From: Octopus sinensis
Lineage: Eukaryota
Assembly: GCF_006345805.1 (NCBI RefSeq)
Contig: NC_043003.1
Span: forward strand, 107,508,001 to 107,572,000
Direction: 5' to 3'
DNA: 64,000 bases
The notes beneath the pieces were generated by a model, which did no database searches, was not told the DNA's origin, and was given only the letters and a program-made list of their open reading frames with translations. Numbering within the stretch: position 1 is the stretch's first letter; each line of letters opens with the position of its first letter. The translations under genes and the position numbers were made by a program. This document shows, piece after piece, positions 24,150-38,090 of the stretch.

Positions 24150-25575
24150 TGGCCAGGGCAAAACGAGTGAACATCGATAAGGTCAATATGCTGCATTTAT
24201 TCTTTTACTTGTTTCAGTCATTTTGACTGTGGCCATGCTGGAGCACTGCCCCAGCAAATCGACCCCAGGACTTATTCTTTGTAAGCCTAGTACTTATTCT
24301 ATCGGTCGCTTTTGCTGAACTGCTAAGTGACGGGGATGTAAACACGAGTGATGTTGGGGGGACAAACATATACACACGCACATACACATATATACGACAG
24401 GCTTCTTTCAGTTTCTGTCTATCAAATCCACTCACAAGGCTTTGGTCGGCCCAAGGCTATAGTAGATAGCTACTTGCCCAAGATGCCACGCAGTGGGACT
24501 GAACCCAGAACCACGTGGTTATTAAGCAAGCTACTTACCACACAACCACTCCTACGCCATATGTTATTCTCCAGAATAACATATGAAAACAGACTTATAC
24601 ACATTAATATCCATCTCTAGACTTCAGAAAGATCAGAAATGCAACAAAAATTTAAAATATCTGGTTTGAATGAAAGAGAGGTTGAAGGAAAAATGACACA
24701 CAAAATGAAATAATAAAAAAAACTCAACATAAAATATTGTTTATTGTTTCTTCACGATCTGCTGGAGTGGCTTTCTTCCTGATATATCTGATGCTCCATG
24801 ATGCAGTTAAAGAAAAGAAATTATTGAAATTAGTCATTGCTCATTTTACCTCACTTTAGACATCATTTTGTTCAAACTGGAAAATTATCAGATTAGCGTG
24901 ATCGTTGCCGGAGCAGCTAACTGGCTTCCGTGCCGGTGGCATGTAGAAGGTACCATTTGAGTGGGATCGTTACCAGCATTGCCTTACTAGCACCTGTGCT
25001 GTTGGCATGTGTAAAAAATTCAAGCGATGTCGTTGCCAGTACTGCCTGACTGGCCCCCATGCTGGTGGCATGTAAAAGCACCCACTACACTCTCGGAGTG
25101 GTTGGCGTTAGGAAGGGCATCCAGCTGTAGAAACTCTGCCAGATCAAGAGTGGAGCCTGGTGCAGCCATCTGGTTCGCCAGCCCACAGTCAAACCGTCCA
25201 ACCCATGCTAGCATGGAAAGCGGACGTTAAACGATGATGATGATGAACATTAGTGTGGAAAATAATTGACTTGGAATCCAACAGAGAAAAGAATATAGAT
25301 TGTTAAACACCAAAAACTATCCAGATATTTTATTAGCATCCTTAATTACAATTACAATTGTGTCAGATTTGAGGAAAAATTTCTAGAAAGAAAAGTCCTG
25401 TCACCTGGCTGTTTCAGACTCTTGCAACTTCAACAACAACAGCTATGGTGACCAATCTTTATTCCCACAGTCGATGCAACAGTACAAAACGATGATGCAA
25501 TACTTACAATATAATAATTCCAAATAGATGAAAAAAAAAAAAAAAATAGAAATTACTCATTTTGCCCCATTCCCC
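24150..25575. repeat. Old dispersed repeat (DNA-transposon-like), interrupted by SINE/RTE insertions
   Basis: 24580-24890 and 25250-25575 align by eye with 33230-33860; ends resemble GGGGCAAAA / TTTTGCCCC. Confidence 0.5.
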
Positions 25576-25849
25576 TTTTATTTTGGTTGTCAATATTCTA
25601 ATACTTTCCAGATAGTATAGATTGTGATTATATTGGAATTTAATGCAACAAAATAATTTTAAAATGATTGCAGTGCACACATGCATCACATAATTTTGAG
25701 TTTCATTTTGTATATACGTGATGTGTGTGCTCACCATTTTTATTGTTTTTTGCACATTAAATTCCGATATAATTATAATCCCCTATAGAATGCTTTGGTT
25801 GTGTTGCAATTGCTCAAGGTCGAACTTACCTACTTGTACTTGTGACGGC

Positions 25850-26325
25850 GTTCATCCAGGGCAGGTTGAGCCGGCTTCTTCTCTGGTTCTAACGGCATCA
25901 CAAACCATGGCGGCCCACACTTGACAGTCCTGTGCGCGGTCACTGGAAATAGTGAGCCATTTGTGGTTCCATCTGTGCAGACCGACCACCCGCAGACCTG
26001 AGAGTTCGGAGAGGTCCTCCTTTATCGTCGTTGCCCAGGTCTTCAGCTGCCCACCCGTGCATTTGTGCCAGTTGGGAAGTGGAGGTGGGAGAAGGACATC
26101 GTGAAGCAGCTCACCCTCTGGACACTGGGCCGCGTGACCGAACCACCTTAAACGCCGTTGTAGAAGCACTGAAGGGAGGGGCCGGAGATTCAGGCGATGA
26201 CAAAAACCAGCTGTAGGAACCCGATCAATGCGGCAGAGACAGTTATTGTCGAACACCTCCAGCCTTCGCTCATAGGCCATGTTTCACAACCATAGAGGAG
26301 GATAGTACGAATGACAGCCTGGTAG
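25850..26325 (-). mobile_element. RTE-clade LINE C-terminal fragment
   Basis: ORF 25852-26280: RRLEVFDNNCLCRI...RRLRWFGH...GGQLKTW...IKEDL. Confidence 0.8.
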
Positions 26326-26454
26326 ATTCATGACCAAGATTTGATTCTCTATCAGAATAGTTTTCAATTTTTGTACTTTCGGTAAATGTATGAATGTTGC
26401 AATCTCTCGTATCTCATAAATAATAAAGATTCATTGTAGTTCTTTTTCTTCTAG

Positions 26455-26741
26455 GTACCCATATTGTATCTGATATATGGGCTGAATATCTTCAAATTGA
26501 CCAGATCCAACAAGGTATATATACTCATGAATATGTAGATTACAATGAGCCAGAAGATACAGAAATCCACATCAGAAATATAGACAGAATGTGGCAGAGA
26601 GTAAAAATACATTGTCAATGAAAGCGAAGGACATTTTTATTTCAGTCTTTATTAACAGAATTCATGTGGAGATCTCACTTTAAGAATAATGATAAATTTG
26701 CTGCCCTAATTTATTCTCTCAGACACTTGTATAAAGTTTAA
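26455..26741 (+). pseudogene. Paralog of the Merlin-derived gene, exon 2 (pseudogenised)
   Basis: TTTTTCTTCTAG|GTACC acceptor; same 287-nt length as 16318-16604; TGA at 26619-26621. Confidence 0.88.
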
Positions 26742-27436
26742 TAAAATTATTATATTTTTATTTGTACTTCACTGTTAAGCCTAACTCAATATCTTGGCTT
26801 TAGGTAGGAATGCTGTTGTGGTTTATATATGGAAACCCTTCAATTATAAGTATCATATGGTTGCCTTATTTTCACTTAAAATGAAATGTTCCTTTTAGGT
26901 TGTTCCTTGCTCTAACAACAGTGATGACCCCCAAAGTCCAATTATCTCTCCTACATTATCCTACTTTCATTTTTAATCATACTCTCATAAGATAAAGTCA
27001 CAACTTTCAAAATGAGTTAACATGTAAGATTATTTATGTGTGAGCTCAGAGAATATATAAATGATATCAGAGATGATTTTTATTTCTTCAGAAATCTGAG
27101 AGAAAAGTATAACCCGATTCAGGAGTATCAGATGTTGAGTAAATGAGCTACTTCAATTTCCTGAGGGTTTATATACTAAACAAATTTTACTTCTGTTGTA
27201 GTTTTTGTAGTTTGGAAAACAAAAAGCTTAACGGAAGTATTTTCTTTTCTTCAAAGTTTAACTGAATTCTGTATCAGCAATCATGAGTTAAAAACATTTT
27301 GCCGTTGCATAGACTGTCAAAATCAACAAATATCTGGTAACATTAGCATTCCAAAGCATAAATTCCTTGAACTGATATACTCGCCATTCAAAATATTGTA
27401 GAGATTGCTGTTCAACCTAACCTGCACTGCTCTTCA

Positions 27437-27818
27437 TCTCTATACATATAAATGGCAAAATGTCTGTGTCTGTGTGTGTGTGCATGTCCTTTATACAAAT
27501 CTACAATTTTTCAGTTAGAGAGCTCGCACTTTGTATGGTCATTCAAAACCGTCCAAGGGTGGTCGTGCACGTGCACATCTTTACATGTCCCCAGTCACCC
27601 CACAAAGCCATTAAAAAATCAATAGATGTGACTTTTTTGTGAATTTTCTGTCCAAAACCCAATCAAAATGCCCGAAACTTGATACGCCAATTGGATGCCA
27701 GCTAGTTGTATGTGATTGGTTGGAGATTTGGACAGTACTCGCATGTATGTGTGCACGCACGCAGCTGTATATGCATGCACTAGCACTATGACCCAGCAAC
27801 GCCTGGTCATAGTGCTAG
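27437..27818 (+). mobile_element. Non-autonomous Helitron-like element, family C
   Basis: TC start, 3' hairpin TAGCACTATGACC...GGTCATAGTGCTAG|T; second copy at 51700-52064. Confidence 0.7.
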
Positions 27819-28011
27819 TTATAAATATTCAAAATTATTGCTGCAAAATTATTCAGTCTCTTCATTTCAGGATGAGATTAGCATGTTTATGTTCAAGAAC
27901 TAATTTCAAGAACAACTTCAATCTTTAAGTTATAAACATCTTGAATGAATAATAATTTAGAAAGCTGATGAACCTATATCTGTATATAACTGACTTCTTA
28001 TATAATAGAGT

Positions 28012-28515
28012 GGAGGTGCAATGGCCCAGTGGTTAGGGCAGTGGACTCGTGGTTGTAGGATCGCGGTTTTGATTCCCAGACCAGGCATTGTGAGTGTTTA
28101 TTGAGCGAAAACACCTAAAGCTCCACGAGGCTCCGGCAGGGGGTGGTGGTGAACCCTGCTGTACTCTTTCACCACAACTTTCTCTCACTCTTTCTTCCTG
28201 TTTCTGTTGTACCTGTATTTCAAAGGGCCAGCATTGTCACACTCTGAGTCACGCTGAATCTCCGAGAACTACGTTAAGGGTACACGTGACTGTGGAGTGC
28301 TCAGCCACTTGCACGTTAATAAATGAGCTGCGACGTCACTGGTGCCAAGCTGTATCGGCCTTTGCCTTTCCCTTGGACAACACTGGTGGCGCGGAGAGGG
28401 GAGGCCAGTATGCATGGGTGACTGCTGGTCTTCCATAAACAACCTTGCCCAGACTTGTGCCTCGGAGGGTAACTTTCAAGGTGCAATCCCATGGTCATTC
28501 ATGACCGAAGGGGGT
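28012..28515 (+). mobile_element. tRNA-derived SINE
   Basis: Head GGAGGTGCAATGGCCCAGTGGTTAGGGCAG...; related copies 29298-29600 (+), 30270-30610 (-), 31110-31487 (-), 62754-63060 (+). Confidence 0.8.
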
Positions 28516-31500
28516 CACAATCACAAAATAATAGAGTAAAATGGGCATTTTTGATTTGAAAGACTCCAGTACTCACCTGCTACTTATTTTAACCAACTTG
28601 GAAAGATTGAAGGCAAAATTGACCATACACAGATTTGAACTCAGAAGATGACAGTCAACAGTGAAATATCTCAAGTGTGGCTGAGTGGCAAGAAGATTGC
28701 TTCCCAATCAGATGGTTCCAGGTTCACTTTCACTGCGTGACACCTTAGGCCAGTGTCTTCTACTATAGCCACAGGCCAATCAAAGCTTTCTGAATGGATT
28801 TGGTAGATGGAAGCTGAAAGAGGCCTGTTGTTTGTGTGTGTGTGTGTTTGTTTGTCCCCCTATCACTGCTTGACAACTGGAGCTAGTGTGTTTACATCCC
28901 TGTAACTTAGTGGTTCAGCATAAGAGACCAATGGAGTAAGTACTTGGCTTAAAAAATAAGTCAAGGGGTTGATTTGTTTGACTGCAAAAAATCCCTCCAG
29001 GTGGTGCTCCAGCATGGCCAGTCAAATAACTGTAACAAGTAAAAAGATAACAGAATAGTTGAAATTCTTAAGACCAGATTTTCCATTCTGTTCAACTTAC
29101 TTATATGAAACCACATTTCAATGATAGTAACTTGCTGCCTTATTGGTTGTAACTACTAATACATAAATGATTATAATAACATACTGCAGCAAGGTATACT
29201 ACATGAAAGGTTTGGTTATCACATGTGAGTCTTAAAAAATTGAATTTTAGATATTTATTATGATTATTCATTTGTTTTGCTATATATTGAAATGTGTGGA
29301 GGCGCAATGGCCCAGTGGTTAGAGCAGCAGACTCATGGTCGGAGGATCGCAGTTTTGATTCCCAGACTGGGCGTTGTGTGTGTTTATTGAGGGAAAACAT
29401 CTAAAAGCTCCATGAGTCTCTGGCAGGGGGTGGTGGCGACCCTTGTTGTACTCTTTCGCCACAACTTTCTCTCAATCTCTCTTCCTGTTTCTTGAGTAAC
29501 GCTGTGATGGCCTGGCATCTCATCCAGCTGGGGGGAACATATACGCCACAGAAACCAGGAAACTGGGCCCATGAGCCTGGCTAGGCTTGAAAAGGGCGAT
29601 GTTTTTATATATTGAAATGTAAAACATGAACATTTCCAATGTTACATAATAAGTGAATTGACCAGATACATTTTGAAGTAATGCAACAACAGCCGATACT
29701 GTGTGCTCACAACTACAGGGCAGTATACAGATGCCCTTGGCCTTAAATCTAATAGCCATATCATGCCTTATCACCCATTGATCAACACATTCTAGATTGA
29801 ATATATGTCTAGTGCATTGGTTATTTGTCACATGTTGAACAATAAATGGTTCAGAAGAACAATGCATTTATGTGAAACTCCATTTTAAACTGGCAGGAAT
29901 TTTTCAAATGTTCCAACAGACCTATGTGAAGGATTGATTGAGCTGTATGCCACATGAAGATTTGAAATCTGCATGATCTTCCATGATAATCAGCCACATT
30001 GTGAAAATGTATATCATGATCTGTGAAGATCGCGGTATGATGATTCAAAAGAACTAGGTACTTGTAAAAAGCTTATGATGTGAAATTTGTAGTTATGGAA
30101 GTGATAGCATGTTGACTACAAAACATGGGCCACTATATGTTTCCCACAAACATCAATAATGGCAAACAATAAATGATTAGTATTTCTTTACTTCTGTCAT
30201 TCTTAATTCACTTATATTGAAGCAATTCAACTACATGTGTAGTTGAATTGTCACTACATACATTATTTCTGAGACCCCCTTCGGTCACGACACAGACCAT
30301 GGGATTGCACCTAGAATGTTACCCTCCCAGGCACAAGTCCGGGCATGGTTGTTTATGGAAGACCAGCAGTCGCCCATGCATACCGGCCTCCCCTCTCCAT
30401 GCCACCAGTGTTATCCAAGGGAAAGGCAAAAGGGCTGATACAGCTTGGCACCTGTGATGTTGCAACTCATTTCTACAGCTGAGTGAACTGGAGCAACGTG
30501 AAATAAAGTGTCTTGCTCAAGAACACAACACGCAGCCCGGTCCGGGATTTGAGCTTACAACCTCATGATCGTAAGCTCGATGCTCTAACCACTGAGCCAT
30601 GCGCCTTCACACATACATTATACTGTGACAGTTTATCGTAATTTATTAGATTTACACATTCTCCTTTACATGCTTATAGTTGCCCATCAAATCTAATGGT
30701 AACCATCTTTTCCTTCATTTGTGAATCCTTTGATTCCTTGATGTATAGTGTCTGCTGTTGATGGAACATTTGAATATTTGGTTGGATAGGTCAGAAGCAA
30801 TACTGTATTTCTATCTTTTTGTGTAGATTTTGCCCATAGTGTTGAGTGCATTTCCCCACCATACCTAATTTCCTGTCAACACTAACAATACCAAAGTGAA
30901 TAGCAAGCAGCAATGTCCTTAACTAATGACCAGTTAAAGTGTTCTTTAACTGGTTTTTGGTTTTCCAGCTGTAGAATCCTCTATGACCAGCTTCTGTAAT
31001 GTAGCTGATTATGGAGGATTCTATAGAGGAAACATGAGTCAGACATGTGCAAGCTATCTCAGTTGATGTCTATATAGATTAGATCCAGTGCTGCTGCTGA
31101 TTATTTGTTTGTTTGTTGAGCAAAGCAGTCTTCATCCCAGAGCTTGCACTGGGAGAAGTCCGAAACATGGTCCTTTTGCTATTCATAAGACCCGCAGAAG
31201 AGAAAGCAGGTCAACCCCCAACACCGAGAGCACCGATGGATGGATGAATGTGCATCCAGGCTCAGTGGTTGTGTAGGAAGTCGAGGATAAGAAACAGGAA
31301 GAAAGAGTGAGAGAAAGTTGGGGCGAAAGAGTACAACAGGGGTCGCCACCCCACCCCCCTGCCTGAGCCTCGTGGAGCTTTAGGTGTTTTCGCTCAATAA
31401 ACACACACAACGCCTGGTCTGGGAATCGAAACCGCGATCCTCCGACTGCGAGTCTGCTGCCCTAACCACTGGGCCATTGCGCCTCCACTGCTGCTGCTGA

Positions 31501-31699
31501 TGGCTTGGCAGGATTTCACTGCATAAACCTATTTTGCCTCACTAAAAGGCCTTTTGCACCTTAATGTTGTGACTCTACGTAATCCTTTCTATAGCTTTCA
31601 TGTTACGCCTGTATGTAATCCATAATACTTATTGATAAAGAAGAGTAGCAACATAGAGATTCCTATGGATAAGGTCCTTGGTATTATTTATAAACATGA

Positions 31700-31920
31700 A
31701 GGTGGCGAGCTGGCAGAAATGTTAGTACACTGGGCGAAATGCGTAGCTGTATTTAGTCTGCCGTTACGATCTGAGTTCAAATTCCGATGAGGTTGACTTT
31801 GCCTTTCATCCTTTCGGTGTCGATAAATTAAGTACCAGTTACGCACTGGAGTCGATATAATCGACTTAATCCGTTTGTCTGTCCTTGTTCATCCCCTTGT
31901 GGGTACTAAAGAAATAGGTA
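31700..31920 (+). mobile_element. SINE with Nin-domain-like core
   Basis: GCCTTTCATCCTTTCGG..TCGATAAATTAAGTACCAG core; copies at ~34100-34290 (-), ~34680-34905 (-), ~53460-53695 (+). Confidence 0.65.
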
Positions 31921-34900
31921 TTATTTATAAACATATCTGAACCTTCTAAAGACTGCAGGAGTTTGTGTAAAGCAATTTTGAAAATCTTAGTTCAGAATGC
32001 AGTTTCTGGAATTGATGATAACAAGTATCTGAATTGGGAAACTGTAGCTTGTTGTTTTACTGAGAAAATGGGGATCTTAGCTGAGAATTTAGCTTGCAGG
32101 TCTCCATAGTGTCATCTACCAGAGCACAGGCATCAGGATATTGCAGTTCAATCATTTGTTCATACCTGAGTTTTATATAGTGATCCAATAATAAGAATAA
32201 GAATAATAATGTTTAACCAAATTACATTCTTAATGAAAACTTCATTAGTGTTAATAATAGTACTTCTCACAAAAGACAATGGAGATGACTCTAGTATTCA
32301 AATCAATCAAATTTTGAATGAATCTGATCTTTGGTGAATACAGCAACAATTCTGGACACTTTCCAGTTTTATTACACCTACACAATGTAGCTTACCATAT
32401 CTTAGACTGATTGAGAGAATATGTAAACTTCATGTTAAAAAAAAATCACGAATTAAGCAATTAAAATTAATGATTTCGAAAATTTTCCTCTGGCATCTTC
32501 TACTTGGAGAACATAGTTAAATGGAGCTACATTGCAGAGTGAATTTTTTCTAGCCCACCAGTTGTGTCCCTACAGATTCGTTAGTCACTGTCTTTTCTAT
32601 ATCAGCAGAGGTAAAATTTGTCTAAGCATGCCATTGATATTGGATCCTTGCTATTGATGATGTGCAAAGATACAGAAATCCAGATTTAGCAATTCATATT
32701 TTGCTACTGAATGTTTTTCCTCTGCAACTGAAGCACTTCTCTGCTTTTTAGCACTATATATTTATACAAAAAGCTTTCTGATCATGAAGTCTGTACTTTT
32801 ATGGTTTTCTACAGTTTATACAAATTAAGTAAGATGGTGTGTGTGTGGGTGGGGAGCACAATGAGTATGATTTATTGTATTTTTTGAATTTGAGAAAAAA
32901 TATTTTTACAAATGTTCACTACCTTACAAAAACTACATTAACTAAGCAAATGACCTCTATATGCATTGGAACTTTTATGTACCCCTGGTTGCATTTTCGC
33001 AAGCATTAATATATAACCAATTCCTAAGACTTCATTTTTTTTTATGGGCATATATGGGTTAAAAACACTATGAAATTTTCAGAACACTTCTTCAGAAAAC
33101 TATTTCCATTCTCTTTGACAAAACTACTTCCATTCTCAAAGACAAATTTAGCTGGGGCAAAATGAACAAGACAAAATAAGAAAAATTTGTTGCTTCTATT
33201 CTCCAGAATTATATTAAAAAAAAAACAAAAAAACTCATACCCATAATATCCAACCCTAGACATCACAAACATTAGAAATGCAACAAAAATTTCAAATATC
33301 TAGGTCAAATGAAATTGGATCATGAAAAAATGGTACACGATATGATATTAAAGCAACTTGACTAAATTCAAAAACTCAGCATAACATATATTCTATATAA
33401 GTTCTTCATGATCTGATGGAGTGACTCCTCGATATATTTATGCACCATGCAGTTAAATACCATTTATTGAAATTAGTGATTTCTCATTTTGTCCCATTTT
33501 GTTGTTTTTTGAAAATTGGAAATTATCAAATTAGACATTAGTGTTGGAAAAAATTGACTTGGAATCCAGCAAAGAAAAGAATATAGATTGTTAAACATCA
33601 AAAATTATCCAGATATTTTATTAGCAACCTCAATTACAACTGGGTCAAAGTTGATGGAAAATTTTCTTGAAAAAAAAAAGTACCAGTCTCCTGACTATGT
33701 TTCAAACTCTCTCAAATTCAACAACAATAACTATGGTGACCGATTCTTATTCCCAATGATGATGCAGTACTTGTAATGTAATGGTTTCAAACAGGCAGGG
33801 AAAAATAATAAATCAGAAATTACTCATTTTGCCTAAGTTACCAATTTTGTCCCCTTCCCCTATATACAATACTATTCTGAACCAATACTGCTTCGATCGT
33901 TAATAACGAAGATATATATCTTGAAAAAATGCGAAATAATCAGCAACAATCTTCTGCTTCTCAGCACGAACTTCGTAAAATTTCTTCGGCACAGAATTCT
34001 AAGTGGAGAGTCGAAACATGAGTGGTCGTATTAATATTTCCGTTAACATAGAGCTATTTCGTCTTCTGCTTACAAATGATATCATTTCCTAAGAGAAATA
34101 TTAGTTTCGAATTTTGGCACAAGGCCAGCAGTTTCGGTGGGAGGAGGTAAGTCGATTACATTGACCCCACCTTCCCATTGCTCAACTGATACTTATTTTA
34201 TCGACCCCGAAAGGATGAAAGGCAAAGTTGACCTCGGCAGAATGTAAAGACGGACGAAATGCCACTAATCATTTCCCCTGGCGTACTAACGATTATTTAA
34301 ATTAATAAAAAATAAAATAAATCTTTAACGTTATCTGACTTTTTGTCTACTTTTCATGCCAAATGTTTCATTTAACAGTTTAATAATTTAATTTATCCAG
34401 AAACCTTTTGAGAAATATATGTTTCCTTATTTTCTTGGGTTACATGTTTTACCGTAATAACGTGGTCACTTGCAAGCTCCCATCGAAGAGAACTGGTCTC
34501 TCAGTTATCACACTCACACACACAATCACACACGCATACACGATGGCTTCCTTCAGTTTCTGTCTATCGCTCAATGCTTTGTTCGGCTTGGTGCAATAGC
34601 AGAAGACGCTTGTCCAGGGTTGGATGCTGTGAGACCGAACCCAAAACAATGTGATTTGGAAGCAAACTTCTTATTTCTTTATTGTCCACAAGGGGCTAAA
34701 CATAGAGGTGACAAACAAAGACAGACAAACGGATTAAGTTGATTACATCGATCCCAGTGCGTGACTGGTACTTAATTTATCGACCCCGAAAGGATGAAAG
34801 GCGAAGTCGATCTCGGCGAAATTTTAACTCGGAACGCAGCTGCAGACGAAATACTACAAAGCATTTCGCCCGGCGTGCTAACATTTCTCTGCCAGCTCAT

Positions 34901-35266
34901 CGCCTTCTTACTACACTGATACACCTAGCTGAAGTCATAAGAACAAAACTTTGAAAAGGAAATTTTATTTAAGAACGAACAACTTCAGCGGAAAATTATG
35001 TACACAAACAAAAAAGAATTGTACTTCAACATAATGAATACAAGTTGTAAGGTTCTATATAAACAATGGGTCATATTATGCAAGATGAAAAAGGGGGACA
35101 GGGGATATATTGCAACTATAATATAATTACTATTCCTTTTTGTTGTTTTTTCTGGGGTTTTTTCTTTTTTTTTTCTAGTGAAACATCACTTTTCTGGGGT
35201 TTTTTTGTGACTTTTTTGTCTTGAAAATGATATTTAAGGAAAAATTTGGTTTCTTCATATGATTAA

Positions 35267-35319
35267 TTAATCATAATCAGACATTTCAACTTTCTTCTTT
35301 CTCTTCTTCCTTTTGTAAT
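35267..35319 (-). CDS. DHHC palmitoyltransferase, candidate terminal exon ((D)YKRKKRKKKVEMSDYD*)
   Basis: Minus-strand acceptor ...TTCTATGATCTTTAG|AT fits phase 1 of the previous exon; AATAAA ~300 nt downstream. No homology support. Confidence 0.45.
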
Positions 35320-37430
35320 CTAAAGATCATAGAAAGGAGAATAAGATTAATTTATTTAATGACATTTAAAGCTGTTAATTCTTTACAAAATACGCTGACT
35401 AAGGGGATTAGGCTCAGGTCTTGCATTCAATCACTAGGACAGCATAGTTGTCATCCACATTTTCATGCTTGCATGGGTCTGGTGGGATTTACTGGACCAG
35501 ATTTTCTATGGTTAGATGCCTTCCTGTCACGAACCCTTAAAGTTTGATATTATTTCCCTGACCTGACATATTTTTGACATATATTGGAAATGAATGACTG
35601 TATGACAGTGACACTCATTTACAACTATCAGACAGTGTCAAGACAAGGAGATACAAACACACACACACTCATTAGTACATATATACAAGCATATAGACAA
35701 GCATACATACATACATACATACATACATACATACATACATACATACATACATACACACATACATACATATGTGTATATACACATATGCTCACACACACAC
35801 ATTATTTAAAACCGATTGATTTGGCTCCATGCAACTCAAAGTTTTGCAGATCTCTAAAAGAAACCCATCTCTTTCAGCCTGAGATTACCAATAACCAAAG
35901 ACCGAAAGAGGTGGGTTTGTATTAGAGGCTTGTAGGGAGCCAAATCAAACTGTTTTAAATAGTACATGTAATCCCTACTAAATGTATTGAGTGCCTTTTT
36001 CTTTCATTTGTCAATCAGAAATCTTATAAGCTGACAAGGTGAGATGAGTTTAACCCTAGGCACGGTGAGAGTCACTGATGAGTGTTAAGATATATTATGC
36101 ATCAAAATGCGAAATCATTGACGATCTGGCTATATTTGCGACCATGAGGGGCTAGTCTCCTTTGTAGGTTAATTAAGATTGTGTTCTTGTTGGCTATTGA
36201 GTTGTTTTGACTCTTATTTCTAGCAATACTGGTACTGATTAGTGCCCTTGTTCACTTTAGTGATGTATGCATTTCTGCCTTTAGGTTATAAAAATGCAAA
36301 TTAACCACCCATATTATATCTATATATATCTATATTCTGTTATTGTTTTATATATATATTCTTTTATTCTTTTACTCGTTTCAGTCATTTGACTGCGGCT
36401 ATGCTGGAGCACTGCCTTTAAGACTTTTAGTTGAAGAAATTGTTCCCAGGACTAATTCTTTGTAAGGTTAGTACTTATTCTATCAGTCTCTTGCTGAACT
36501 GCTAAGTTATGGGGATGTAAACACACCAGCACCAGTTGTCAAGCTATGGTAAGGGGATAAACACAGATGCTAAGACACACACACACAAACACACACATAT
36601 ATACGGTGGGCTTCTGTTCAGTTTCTATCTATCAAATCAACTCACAAGGCTTTGGTTAGCCTGAGGCTATAGTAGAAGACACTTGCCCAAGGTGCCATGC
36701 AGTGGGACTGAACCCGGAATCATGTGGCTGGTAAGCAAGCTTCTTATCATACACACACACACACACACACACATATGATGGGCTTTTTCTAGTTTTCCTC
36801 TACCAAATCCATTCACAGTGCTTTGGTTAATCCAGGACCAAAGTTGAAGACACTTGCCCAATGTACAATGTGCCTAAGCAGTGTGCCTAAACCAGATACC
36901 ATGTAGCTGGGAAGCAAGCTACTAAAACAACACAGCTAAGCCTGCACCTATAGCATCCACAGCATAAAGTGTCTTGCTATACTTTTTTGCCACCAAGATG
37001 TAAATGGATACCACAAATCATGTACACTTGACAACAGGATCAATGTGATTGATATCAATATTGCTAGCTTATCATTTAGAATGCTGTGGGATAACTGGGG
37101 AGCTGACCGGAAGAGGAAGGGGCAGGAGTGATGCATGCGCAGGCAGGGCAGCATTGGGCCTTTTTTCGATTGAGGTAGCTGAGTAAGTCGGACGTGTGAG
37201 CCCGTTGTTAAGGTAGGAGAAAAGCAGCTGCTATTTCTAGTGTTCGGGTCGGGCTGTGCGGAAGGGTGCATTACCACCTCAGAGGTCTCCATCGATGAAG
37301 AGAAGGTAGGTGTCCTTATTTCAAATCTCCTGCATATACCACAAATGCTAAAATACTTTTGATCATAAAATAACCAAGGGTTTATTTGAGTTGAACATGA
37401 TTTGGACTCTCCATAGTCACAGAAGAGGGA

Positions 37431-37570
37431 TCACAGTACGAGTGTTGTCATCACAGTACGAGTGTTGTCATCACAGTACGAGTGTTGTCATCACAGTACG
37501 AGTGTTGTCATCACAGTACGAGTGTTGTCATCACAGTACAAGTGTTGTCATCACAGTACGAGTGTTGTCA
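37431..37570. repeat. 20-bp minisatellite x7 (TCACAGTACGAGTGTTGTCA)
   Basis: Seven head-to-tail units, one substitution, no spacers. Confidence 0.95.
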
Positions 37571-37964
37571 TCTCAATTCTTGTCAGAAATTTTCTGTAAC
37601 TAGTGACTAAAGAAACACAAGTTTAAGAAGAATGTTGTGTGTGTTTGTTTACAGTGAGTAGAGCTTACAATGCACTATGTTGTGTGACTTACTATATTTT
37701 CCAGCATACAAGTCAAACTTTGAGACAAAAATTTACAGTAAAAAATATAGGTCAACTCCATCACCAAAATGACTTAAGAGGACCAAAAATTCCATGAAAA
37801 ATGCAACAGGATTTGGAAAAATAGTGTCAATGTTTGAATATTTGCACTACGTGTTTACACTATACGCTACATCAATTTGTATGCTGGAAAATACAGAACA
37901 AAAGTAGCTTCTGTAGAAAATATTTTTATTTGATATTTTTCTGAAAGAAAAAAAAACAACTTAC

Positions 37965-38090
37965 CCAAATATTTGCGGTATGAAATCATTAATACCATTT
38001 CAGCAGAAAAAATGAGATTTAAAATGATTGCCAAAATTATTGTAAATAGCCAGTAGGCTGAAGGAACCACCAAGCCAAAAACTCGCAAGT
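37965..38090 (-). CDS. DHHC palmitoyltransferase coding exon 5 (TM4)
   Basis: TTTTAG|AC ... G|GTAAGT; (N)LRVFGLVVPSAYWLFTIILAIILNLIFSAEMVLMISYRKYL; phases match neighbours. Confidence 0.8.

Noticed and set aside
21342-26621. Both stops in the paralog are TGA, which A-to-I editing (common in cephalopods) could recode to Trp
   Set aside because: Both sit at Arg codons and are simply explained by point mutation (CGA/AGA->TGA); the upstream 1-nt frameshift cannot be repaired by editing.
28012-28085. tRNA-like sequences with A/B boxes
   Set aside because: They are heads of multi-copy SINEs continuing into SINE bodies, not tRNA genes.
29600-33000. Non-repetitive-looking stretch with short ORFs (29520-29867, 29851-30048)
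   Set aside because: No motif or consistent exon chain recognised; probably very old TE debris.
36948-37350. ORF 36948-37292 as a further DHHC exon
   Set aside because: The phase-1 reading from the nearby acceptor stops after ~10 codons and the long frame has no DHHC C-terminal motifs.
37431-37570. Regular 20-bp repeats suggestive of a CRISPR array
   Set aside because: No spacers, no cas genes, eukaryotic context: a minisatellite.
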